Source: Amoebidium appalachense
Lineage: Eukaryota > Protista > Ichthyosporea
Length of the DNA stretch: 64,000 bases
Reading direction: 5' to 3'
Assembly: GCA_963693365.1 (NCBI GenBank)
Contig: CAVNZM010000001.1
Coordinates: 19,972,125 to 20,036,124 of the forward strand
Within the stretch, counting starts at the first letter, position 1, and every line of letters begins with the position of its first letter. The notes under the pieces are model-generated. The model made no database searches and was not told where the DNA came from. It was given only the letters and a program-made list of their open reading frames with translations. The position numbers and the translations under genes were made by a program. Shown here one piece after another: positions 1-9,811 of this stretch.

Positions 1-10
1 CACCCCACCC

Positions 11-1010
11 GTGCAGGCACCACAGGTAGGTATGTTACACGTAGGTATCGAGGGTGTAAGTCTTCGTGGGCAGGGATTGGGTGTGAGTGATGATGTGTTG
101 CTTGAATTGGAGGAGGATTTAGTTGGTTTTAGCCGGCATTATATAGACGTATGGTTAGCTGATGGTAAGTTGAAGGCTGTTGCTTTGCTCGATGGAGGGG
201 CTCAGGTTAATTGTGTGCATGCTTCGTTTATTCGTCGTTTTAATCAGGCCGGGGGGGGAAATTCCTATTTTAGATGCTTCTAGCACAGCCTTAGGTAGTG
301 CTAATAATAGTAGTATGTCTGTGGAAGGTGTTTGTGTGTTGCCGTGTGAGATAGGTGGCCAGGCTATGCATATTGCTTGTTATGTGGTTAAGGATTTAGC
401 TCAAAGTGTTTTGTTGGGAGCCCCATTTTTCCGTAGACATGTGAATGCTTTGTTTGAACGTACGAATGTTTTAGAATTGCAGTCCGGCGTTAAAATTAAA
501 ACCCATGATGGGCTCGACGGTTATCAGTCTGGTGCTAGAACGGTAGCTGAAGTAGTAATCGAGCCTTATCAGTGCCAAACGGTACGTGTCCGGGCCGGCA
601 ATCATGTTAGGATAGGGGATTTAGGGGTTTTTACTCCGAAAACCCCATTTCAGGAGGTGGCCCAATGGACCCTTAGTAGGGTATGGCCGAATAAGACAAT
701 AGAAATAGAATTAGTGAATCCGGGCATCGAGCCTATAGTGATTAGGTCAGGTGTTTCCGTCGGTAGTTTCACTAATGAGATTGGTAGTATAGAGGTCTCT
801 CTTATTACCCAAAAGGAGGATGCCGGCTCGAAGGGTGACTCAGGAGGAGGGGGAACAACTTTATTTAACGTTAGCCACCAAAATGTCACCCGACACGATG
901 GGGGGGGGGGGACCGGGACAGCACCGGTCCCACTCCCCCGACCCCCAAGAGGAAGGAGGGTCACCCCGGGTGTGAGAATGTGCAGGCAGGGGGGGAGGGT
1001 GTTGGTCTAA
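11..1010 (+). CDS. Gypsy A aspartic protease plus dUTPase-like linker (frameshift at G-run ~251-259)
   Basis: ALLDGGAQVNC active site in ORF 11-283; continues as GSANNSSMSVEG...VLLGAPFF in ORF 180-1010. Confidence 0.8.
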
Positions 1011-1052
1011 CCCGTGGATCTGACGGGTTAACCAACACCGTGGGGGGGCAGG

Positions 1053-2894
1053 GTGGCCACAGACCTGGCCCCCCACATACATGCACTAACTCATCAGGAA
1101 TTGCCCGGGGGCATGGGTGTGCCGGGGGGAGGGGGGGGTGCTAAGGGTGACCGCCTATATCCGGAGGTACCTCCACCTCACCCCGAGCAGCACCGATGTA
1201 ATACAGGAGGTGAAATGTTAAGTGGCACTCCGGTGAATAAGGATGCATCCACTTGTGATGGGGGTAACCCGGAGTTAGTATTGCCGTTTGGTATGAAGGA
1301 GGGGGATTGGACGGTAGAACAGAAAAAATTGCTAGCTAAGTTATTTGATAGGACTCGGTTTGCATTTCTGGCCGATGATAACGAAGTAGGCTTCGTTAAA
1401 GGGTTTGAAATGCAGATCGACACAGGTGATAATAGGCCGGTAGTGATGCCTAGCTATAGAATGGAGCAGTATAAATTGCCGGATGCTCTAATAATAGTGA
1501 GTGATATGTTAAAAAAGGGTCATGTGGAGCATAGTTCGAGTCCGTGGAGAAGTCCGGTGCTATTGGTTAAGAAGCCCGACGGGTCTTGGCGTCTAGTGAA
1601 CGATTACAGGGCTCTGAATCGGATCACTAAGGCAGACCAATGGCCTCTCCCTAACATAGACGAGCAGCTTTCACAGCTGCACGGCTATACTCACTTTGCT
1701 AAACTTGATTTAAAAGCAGCTTTTTGGCAGATAAGGTTGGAGGAGAGCAGCAAGGAGAAGACTGCCTTTGCACTGGGTGACCAGCTGTTCCAGTACAAGG
1801 TGGTGCCGATGGGTTTGCTCTCCTCTCCAGCTATGTTGTGCCGGGTAATGTATAAAATTCTCCACCCTCATTTGGATGTATGCCACCCTTATTTGGATGA
1901 TGTTTTAATTAAAGGTAGGTCATTTGAGGAGTTAGTTAATAATTGTGAAAAAGTATTTTTCGCTTTGGGTGAGTCTGGTCTTCGTATTAGCGGTAGCAAG
2001 ACTGTGATTGGTGTGCCGGAGGTTAAGTTTTTAGGTCATATTGTGTCTAGTAATGGTCTTGCCCCTGATCCGGAGAAAATCCGGGCCATAGTTGAGTGGC
2101 CCCGTCCTCAGACTGTCACTCAACTAAGGCAATTTTTAGGTTTAACTAATTATCTTCGTCGTTATATTAAGGATTATAGTATGCTTGCTTTGCCGTTAAC
2201 TAGTCAGACGGGGGGGGAGAAGAAGAATCGAATAGATTGGAATGTTGATGCTGTTTCTGCTTTCGAAAAGCTTAAGTTAGCTTTGCAGTCTTCGAGTATG
2301 CTTGTTCATCCTGATTTTTCGGCCGGGGGGGGGATGTTTAAAGTTCGGTGTGATGCAAGTAAGGTTGCTGAGGGGGCCGTGTTATATCAAGTGCAGGAGG
2401 GGCAGGATAGAGTGATTGCTTATGCTAGTCGTTCATTTAGTAAAAGTGAACGTAGATATAGCAATCCGGAGAGAGAGTCCCATGCTATCTTTTGGGCAGT
2501 CTCACAGGCATGGAGGTATATACTCGCAGGCAGGACGTTTGAGGTCTACACCGACCACAAGCCCTGCCTAGCCATGGCCGGCACCACTCGTCTGGTCAAC
2601 GAGAGGATGCAGAAGTGGGCCGCAGCTCTCGGTGAGTTCTCCTATAAATTGTTTTATGCCAAGGGTGAAACAATGGTTGACTGTGATGCTCTCTCTCGTG
2701 CTGCTTATATTTTGTTTGAAGAAGAGAAGGAGGGGGAGGGGGGGATAGTGAGAGACGGGGGGGGAGGGGGGAAGGGGGGGGAGAGTGAGCAGAAAGGAAT
2801 AGATGCTGTGTCTGTGGATGTGTCTTCTTGGGTTCCGGGGTTGCTTGCTTATAAGTGTAGGAGAGGGGGGGGGGAGGTATTTGTCAGTGTCTGA
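1053..2894 (+). CDS. Gypsy A reverse transcriptase and RNase H
   Basis: SPWRSPVLLVKKPDGSWRLVNDYRALN, LDLKAAFWQ, VPMGL, YLDD, FLGLTNY, CDAS, AYASR, VYTDHKP, DALSR. Confidence 0.95.
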   Translation: MATDLAPHIHALTHQELPGGMGVPGGGGGAKGDRLYPEVPPPHPEQHRCNTGGEMLSGTPVNKDASTCDGGNPELVLPFGMKEGDWTVEQKKLLAKLFDRTRFAFLADDNEVGFVKGFEMQIDTGDNRPVVMPSYRMEQYKLPDALIIVSDMLKKGHVEHSSSPWRSPVLLVKKPDGSWRLVNDYRALNRITKADQWPLPNIDEQLSQLHGYTHFAKLDLKAAFWQIRLEESSKEKTAFALGDQLFQYKVVPMGLLSSPAMLCRVMYKILHPHLDVCHPYLDDVLIKGRSFEELVNNCEKVFFALGESGLRISGSKTVIGVPEVKFLGHIVSSNGLAPDPEKIRAIVEWPRPQTVTQLRQFLGLTNYLRRYIKDYSMLALPLTSQTGGEKKNRIDWNVDAVSAFEKLKLALQSSSMLVHPDFSAGGGMFKVRCDASKVAEGAVLYQVQEGQDRVIAYASRSFSKSERRYSNPERESHAIFWAVSQAWRYILAGRTFEVYTDHKPCLAMAGTTRLVNERMQKWAAALGEFSYKLFYAKGETMVDCDALSRAAYILFEEEKEGEGGIVRDGGGGGKGGESEQKGIDAVSVDVSSWVPGLLAYKCRRGGGEVFVSV

Positions 2895-4740
2895 GGTCGG
2901 GACCGAGTCTCATGGCTCGGCCCCTGCCTTAGCACCTACGGCTTTGATCTTAGCTCAGGAGGAAGATGTGTTGATTGGTCTGGTTAAGAATTATTTAAAG
3001 GGGCCGGTTGATTCGATTAAATTTAAAAATAAAAGGCAGATGATTAAGGTAGCTAAGTTAGCAAAAATGTGTCAGGTAGAGCAGGATTTAGTTTATCATT
3101 GTTCTGGGCCAGACGGACACCGAGTTTGGGTCCCGACGGCACTTGTGCCTGAGGTTTTGCATATGGTGCATGAGCATCCCATGGCTGGTCATTTAGGTGT
3201 AAATAGGACGTTGCTTCGTGTTAATCGTTCGTATTTTTGGCCGGGTATGAGTAGGGAGGTGAGGGATTATGTGTTGTCATGCATGCATTGTCAGGAAAGG
3301 AATGAGAGTCCCCACTCTCGTTCCCGCCCGTCGTTTATTAGGGATTTTAATGTTCGTATGTTTGAAAGGGTAGCAGTGGATGTGGTCGGTCCTTTTAATT
3401 CTACGGTTGAGGGTAACACTGTTCTTGTTACCGTCACCGATGTGGCCACTCGTTGGGTTGAAGTTTTTCCTCTCCCCACTGCTAATGCCGTTTTGTTTGC
3501 TCGTATTTTTGTGGATGAAATTTGTCTTAGGTTTGGTTGTCCTCGTGTTTTGTTAACGGATAGGAGTCGTGTGTTTTTAAATCAGTTGGTGTCGGAGGTG
3601 TGTAAAATTTTAAGGGTAGCTCATATCACTACGTCTGCATATCACCCTCAAGCAAATGCCATCTCTGAACGTGTGCATGCAGTGTTTCAGAAGTCCTTTG
3701 GCAAAATGGTGGATGTGGAGGCTAATGATTGGGATCATATGTCTAGGTTTATTGCTCATTCATATAATTCTACCCCTCATGCTGTGACTGGTTTTTCTCC
3801 GTTTTATTTGGTCTATGGGCAGGAGGCTATTAGTTTGTTAGATACGGCACTTTTGCCGATGGGGGGGGCTGACCGACTAACTTATCCCCACTGGACTGAG
3901 TTCCGGGAGCAGCTACTAACCCGGGCCCGGGCTGCACGTGATGCAGCTCTGGCCCGTACACAGCAGGCACAGGCACGTACAGACGTGTCCACACGTCCGT
4001 TACGTGAATTTGCCGAGGGTACTTTAGTTTTAATTAGGGATCATACTAGGAAGAAGAGATATAAGCAGGAGCAGGAAGGTAAGGGTGAAGGTGAAGGTCT
4101 TCGTAAGTATGGTAAGAAATGGTTGCCTCTTTTTATCGGTCCGTATAAAATAGTGGCTAGGTTAGGTCCGACGGAATATAAGGTGCAGAGGTTAGATAAT
4201 GAGAGTGATGTTAGATTTTATAATGTAGATGATATAAAGGAATATTATGATAGGGCCCTTAGGGTTAAACGGCCGGAGGGCCGTCGAGTGTTAGATGCAT
4301 TCACCCCCGACTATGACGGGTCGGTGGATGTATCGGAGGCTGCAGTAGATAAAATTATGGATAAAAAGGTTATCGAAGGTAAGGAAGGTAAGGTAAATTA
4401 TTATTTAATTCGTTTTGAGGGAGGTTATCAGGAAGATCAGTGGTTGCCTGAGTTTCATTTGGATTGCCCGTTTTCTATTCGTGCTTATGAGGCTAGATTA
4501 GTGCAGAGGGAGTTGCCTAGTGCTCCCTCTCGGCCAAAGAGAGTTATTCCTCAGTTTAATCGTGGTGTGAAAAAGTCGGTGGGGGAGGGGGCCGGGGGGG
4601 GAGTGATGCAAATACACGTAGACACACGGAGGGAGGGGGAGGGAGGGGAGGAGACCGAGGAGGAGTGTGAACGTAGTCGTCGGAATTTAATTTATTATCA
4701 TAGGTGTCTCCGTAGGTATCAAGCTTATGGTGTAGATTAA
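2803..4740 (+). CDS. Gypsy A integrase with GPY/F motif and C-terminal chromodomain
   Basis: HHCC zinc finger (HEHPMAGH...CMHC), VDVVGPF, TDRS, YHPQANAISER, FIGPYKI, chromodomain-like VDKIMDKK...YYLIRFEGGYQEDQWLPEFHL. Confidence 0.93.
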   Translation: MLCLWMCLLGFRGCLLISVGEGGGRYLSVSEVGTESHGSAPALAPTALILAQEEDVLIGLVKNYLKGPVDSIKFKNKRQMIKVAKLAKMCQVEQDLVYHCSGPDGHRVWVPTALVPEVLHMVHEHPMAGHLGVNRTLLRVNRSYFWPGMSREVRDYVLSCMHCQERNESPHSRSRPSFIRDFNVRMFERVAVDVVGPFNSTVEGNTVLVTVTDVATRWVEVFPLPTANAVLFARIFVDEICLRFGCPRVLLTDRSRVFLNQLVSEVCKILRVAHITTSAYHPQANAISERVHAVFQKSFGKMVDVEANDWDHMSRFIAHSYNSTPHAVTGFSPFYLVYGQEAISLLDTALLPMGGADRLTYPHWTEFREQLLTRARAARDAALARTQQAQARTDVSTRPLREFAEGTLVLIRDHTRKKRYKQEQEGKGEGEGLRKYGKKWLPLFIGPYKIVARLGPTEYKVQRLDNESDVRFYNVDDIKEYYDRALRVKRPEGRRVLDAFTPDYDGSVDVSEAAVDKIMDKKVIEGKEGKVNYYLIRFEGGYQEDQWLPEFHLDCPFSIRAYEARLVQRELPSAPSRPKRVIPQFNRGVKKSVGEGAGGGVMQIHVDTRREGEGGEETEEECERSRRNLIYYHRCLRRYQAYGVD

Positions 4741-4815
4741 TTTATTATTTTTCTTCGTAATTTATTTAATTTAATTTTTTTTAGGAGACTGATTAGTCTA
4801 TGTCTTTTTAGGGGG

Positions 4816-5615
4816 TGTTAGATGTAATGTGACTGAGGTGGGACTCAGCTTTTCCGGGGGCCGGGGGGGAGTTGACATATACTAATCCGTCTCAGCAGAT
4901 TAGCCTAAGTCTACGATCGAGATCGGGGGGGGGGGGGGGGGGAGGAGGGGGGGGGGGGGGGGGGGGGGGGAGGTGGCCCGGGTCCACAGATCATCAAGAT
5001 CAAGTCCGGGGCCTCAAGATAGCTGTACAGCTGCGTGCATCTTGCCTCTGCCGGCGCAGGGCATTGGACCACGTCAGCCGGGACAGCCGTCCAATAGAAT
5101 TCTAATTAGTGTGTAGGATAGATCGTAGGAGGACTTAGGAATGTCATTGTTCGGGCAGAAGCCCTTTTGTAAGGATTGGCAAGGTTTGATAGTATATGTT
5201 GCCAAACGTATTTATATATTTAGATGTAGAGGAAAGGGGGGGAGGGAGGGGGGGGGAGGATAGTATGAAATGTAGATTTAGACTCTGCGGTGCCACTAGG
5301 GGGAGGGTGAGGGGTGAGACTTGGATAAATATATTAGTTGAGTAGATCGACTTAGCTCGTGCAGGCGCACGATAAAAGTAGATCGGAATGTTAATGGAAT
5401 GTGGCATCGTAGAGGGCCAGGTGATGATGATCTTGTAGGGCACGGCCTTGATGGCCTCAGTCGTAACTTAGACTCAATCCGTACGGATCTAAGTTTGCCC
5501 GTCGGAGCCTGGTCTTAATAAACTTTACCGTTTTTCTGTACACGTTCGTTCCTTTTCGTGTGTGTACACTTAGTAGAGTGCCGCGTCTCTAGTACACATA
5601 TATTAGGATACGACA
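4816..5615 (+). repeat. Putative 3' LTR of Gypsy A (ends approximate)
   Basis: Follows AGGGGG (4810-4815); starts TG (4816 or 4823); TATA-like run ~5209-5222; AATAAA at 5517-5522; GT-rich U5-like tail; ends ...ACGACA where the integrase of element B breaks off. No second LTR in the window to confirm. Confidence 0.6.
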
Positions 5616-6664
5616 GGCTCGACCGGATCTCTGCCATAAAGCATGAAGAATGGCGTGTCCCCCAAGGAAGAGTGGTAGGCGGTGCGGTAGGAAAACAGTA
5701 CTTGCGGTAAGTAGTCAATCCATTCGTGGTGTTTATCCTGCACGAGAGTGGCAAGAATATTCTTAAGTGTGCGATTGAATCGCTCTACGGCACCATTGGT
5801 CTGGGGGCTGTAGGGACTTGCAAAAATTCGTTTTGTAGCCAACACTCGACAGACATCTGTGACCAACATAGCTGCCAAATTCGCGCCGTTGTCTGATACT
5901 AAAAATTCCGGACGACCGTGACGGCAGTAGATGGAGTCTTCGAATGCCTTTGCCACATCTTCGGCTGTGGGTGTTTTGTGAAATAAAATCACTTCCGGCC
6001 AGCGAGTGAAGAGGTCGAGAAACACCAACAGGGAAACTCTGAGATCAGATTTCGTAGGCATCTCAGTAATGTCCATAGACACGTATTGAAAGGGATAGGT
6101 GGGGATAAAACCATCGTGAATTCGTAGTTTCTTTTGCATTCGGGGTGTCTTCCGGTATTGACAGGCTTTGCATGTGGTTACCCACTGCACCGAGTCTTGC
6201 CATACACGTGGCCACCATGCTATCTGGGTAACACGGTGGAAGGTGCGTGCTGCGTCGAGGTGACCTGCGGTTGGGGCGTCGTGACATGCGGCCAAAACGA
6301 GGCGCACAAGCGTAGACGGCACCCAAATTCGTGGTTCCTTGCTGGGTTTGCGGGGGCCACGCTGTTCTAGGACCCACACATACACAAGGTCATTGTCTAT
6401 GGTGCAGCGACTAGCTTCCATCGCGATTTCGTTGCCAAATAATTCGTAGCCCGGTGCTTTTTCCAGGTAGGCCCTGACTTTCGCAATGTGTTTATCAGCC
6501 TTCTGTGCTGACACATACTGTTCATAGGTGGGCATTCGTCCATCCGCTTTTGGGGGAATAAATTCTGGCGGTGTGGTATTAGGTTTTGTGGGTTCAGCTG
6601 GGGGTGGGTGGGTGGCAGCTTGTGCCTGCGCTGTCGCTGCGGCGGAGCGTGTTACCGCAAACAC
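5616..6664 (-). CDS. Gypsy B integrase (truncated)
   Basis: HDAPTAGH...CKAC, SMDITE, LDLFTRW, SDNG, YSPQTNGAVERFNRTL. Confidence 0.92.
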
Positions 6665-6705
6665 CGTGGACGAGCCCGAGACTGTGCCGATCAGTGAGGG
6701 GTATG

Positions 6706-9700
6706 TCAGCTCAGTATCTTCGGGTCCTGGTTGCGCATTTCTTTAGATGGCCGAGAGAGTCCATCAGCATTGCTGTGGTGTTTGCCCGCCCTGTGCTGAA
6801 TTTCGTATGTGTATGCGGAAAGCGCCATTTGCCAGCCTGCAACAACAGGTTCCGGTGCATCGCCGGTAGACAGAATGCGCGTCAAGCTGGAGTGGTCGGT
6901 TCGTAACAAGAAAGGAGCCCCATAGGTGTAAGCGCGAAATGCTTTGCACACAGCCCAATACACACCTAAGGCTTCCTTTTATTCGCCGCATAATTTCGTT
7001 CACTCTTAGAGAGTGTTCTGCTAGCATAAGCTATGGGTCGTTCTTTGCCGTCATCACCTACCTGCGAAATCACTGCGCCCAGAGCATACTGTGAAGCATC
7101 TGAGTCAACAATAAAAGGTTTGGTGAAATCGGGGTGAGCAAGCACAGGTGCATTAATTAACGCATTCTTAAGGGTATCGTATGCTTTCTCCTGTTCCGTA
7201 CCCCACACCCATGCAGCATTTTTCTGTGCTTTCTTTTTCGTGGCCAAAATAGCTGCAGAATCGGCGTGCAAATTTTTTGCTTCGTCTTTTCGTTGTTTTG
7301 CGCTGCCGTTGCGTTTGGCGGGTTTCGTAGAGGGGGGCATTTTTGCGTGAATTCGTTTTAGTAATTCTGAATCCTCCTTCGAGGTGCCCAGCATTCGCGT
7401 GAGTGGTTCAGCCGTATGGCTGAAATCGTCCACAAATATTCGATAATATGAAAATAACCCGAGGTCACTTCGTAGCTCAGATAAATTTTGTGGGTAGCTT
7501 TTATTCTTTATTGCTGCCACTTTTTCTGGGTCTACCTTAATACCATCCGGGCATACGCGATGGCCTAAATAGCCAACATGAATCTAAATGCCCAAAATGT
7601 TCTTCGATAGTGGGTGACATAACTAATATATCATCGAGATATATGAGTACATGTGTCCACAGCATACCAGCGAATACACGGTTCATCATCCTTGAAAAGA
7701 CAGCAGGCATGTTACTTACTCCAAAAGGTGCGCGTGCGAATTGATACTGCCCCCAGGGGGTGGTAAATGCAAGTTTTTCTTTGTCGTTATCGGCTACTTT
7801 GACTTGGTGGTAACCACCGTTTAAATCAAGTGCGGAAAACACGCGGGCACCTCTGAGCATACCCAGAGCCATGTCAATTCGTGGTAAAGGGTAACCGTCT
7901 TTCTTCGTAATCAAGTTCAGCATTCTAAAATCAATGCAGACTCTTAAAGACCCGTCCTTTTTCGCCACCAACACCATCGGAGCGGAGTAAGGGCTGGACG
8001 CAGGCTCAATCACTCCAAACTCTACCCAATTTTGAATTTGTTTGTGTAGGCTATCGCGAAGGTGATGTGGGATGTTATAGGGCCTGCGGTACTGTGGTAT
8101 GGTGGTAGTTACTTCGATCGACAGTTCGTCTAAGGTACTCAAACCAAAGTCGTTGTCGTGTGCAGAGAACACATGCTTCCATTTCTTAAGCAGTTTTCGT
8201 ATCCGTTTCGCCAACGGTTTCCGTTGGTCTGGGGGAGTTCCAGGCATGTCGTATTCTTCTGGAGGTTTGACCCCAAAAGGCAAGTCGTCGTCTGTGGCGG
8301 CTTCCCCGTCGGAGGTACATTCGTGCGTACGCTTTCGTAAATTATTCGTATCCTCCAGTGCAGTGGTAGATGGTGCCCCATCTGCTGCTTCGATAGTAGG
8401 TGGCCCTACCTCTGGTTTTGTTCGTGCTGGATTACCAAAACCATTCATTTTCGTGGAACTGCGCTGTGTGGTGTTCTCTTTCGTACTCATATTCATAATT
8501 TTACTCCGTTCACACACCTTAATACTACCGTTAATATTAGTAGCCGCCTGGAAAGTGTGTGGTTCGTGTTCGGTGGGTTCTTCGGTTGATTCCTGCGAAG
8601 AAAAGTTCGTTTTAGCAGAGGTACCTAATGGATGGCCAGGGTGTGGGGTTGTCGCCCTCCTGGTTCCATTACCGGAGTGTGGACGTGCTAAAAGAGTAAC
8701 AGTGTCATCTGATTGCAAGGGAATAAACATGGCCACCTCCGTACCAGGGCCTAGGTACACATGATGGTCCGATGTGTTAGTCAACAACACCTTGCATTCG
8801 TATTCGTCCTCGATCACACTTTCTTCGCTAGTGGAGAGGGGGGGTTCGTTATTCGAAATTCGAGCTAAACTGGTGACACTGCATGCTGTTGTGTAAGCCC
8901 GTGAATTAAGTGGACCACATGGAACCACTGTGCCCATACAACAGTCTAAAGTTCGTGGTGGTGGTGCGCCGGCAGCGAGTTTTATTTTACACGTTGCGAT
9001 ATTTGACGCATCTACCGGGAGGTGAATACCTGTGGTGGTAATTAATACGCGAGAAACAGCTGTCTCCTCCGCACTCCCACGCAACCACCACACCGGAATA
9101 CTGCACCTGCGATTTCCCTTAGCATACATGAACGAAAGTTCTGCAGCACCGTAATCAATTCGTCCCTGTTGTGGCCCCATGAAATCAACACCTAATAAGG
9201 CATCATATGGTAGATTATCAATCACATGCCATCTGTGCACCACTAGAGCAGATTCGTTGGGAATGGCGAGAGTGAGAGATATACTTCCTTGGCATGTCAT
9301 TTCGTTACTTTGTGCATCCAGTACACTAAAATTAGGAACATGCTGAATTCGTTTTCTTGCCACTACAGGGAGAGATTCGTAAAATGCTGTGCTTATACAG
9401 CTATGGCTAGCACCAGAGTCGACAACTACTGTGACTAGCTTCCCATGCACATACATTCGCGCAAGTGTGGCTGTGCATTTATTTTCGTGGGTTAATGTGC
9501 ACACAGTGGCATTTTCATGCCGTGGTTCTGCAATGGAGGAGTGCACACGGTCAGCAAAATGCACATTTTTCTTTTTGCGCGGGGGCGGGGTGTGCGTGTG
9601 CATGGGGGGGTCAGTACACGGGGGTAACTGTTCGTGGGGGGGTGGGGCACATGCAGATTCGTGGGAGGGCTCCGAGACAACAGAAATTTCCGCACCAGTA

Positions 9701-9714
9701 GATTTATTTTGCAA
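6706..9714 (-). pseudogene. Gypsy B protease-RT-RNase H, broken by deletion, stop and frameshift
   Basis: VVVDSGASHSCI, LLGVDF, KKDGSLRVCIDFRMLN, APFGV, YLDD; deletion between HLD and YLGH (~7570-7590); DSDASQYALGAV, LRTDHSSL, NADGLSR. Confidence 0.9.
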
Positions 9715-9811
9715 TTTATCTGCCAGTCTGAGGGGAACACAGTTCCAGCTCTGCTATTAAATCAAATACATTATGTTCTACTGGGGAGAGACCAGTCCCT
9801 TGCCCGCCTTC

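Larger units (their letters stand above)
1..5615 (+). mobile_element. Ty3/Gypsy LTR retrotransposon A, chromodomain-bearing; 5' part lies outside the window
   Basis: PR-RT-RNaseH-INT-chromodomain order across ORFs 11-283, 180-1010, 1053-2894 and 2803-4740; purine tract then TG at ~4816/4823; non-coding LTR-like tail ending CA at 5615. Confidence 0.9.
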
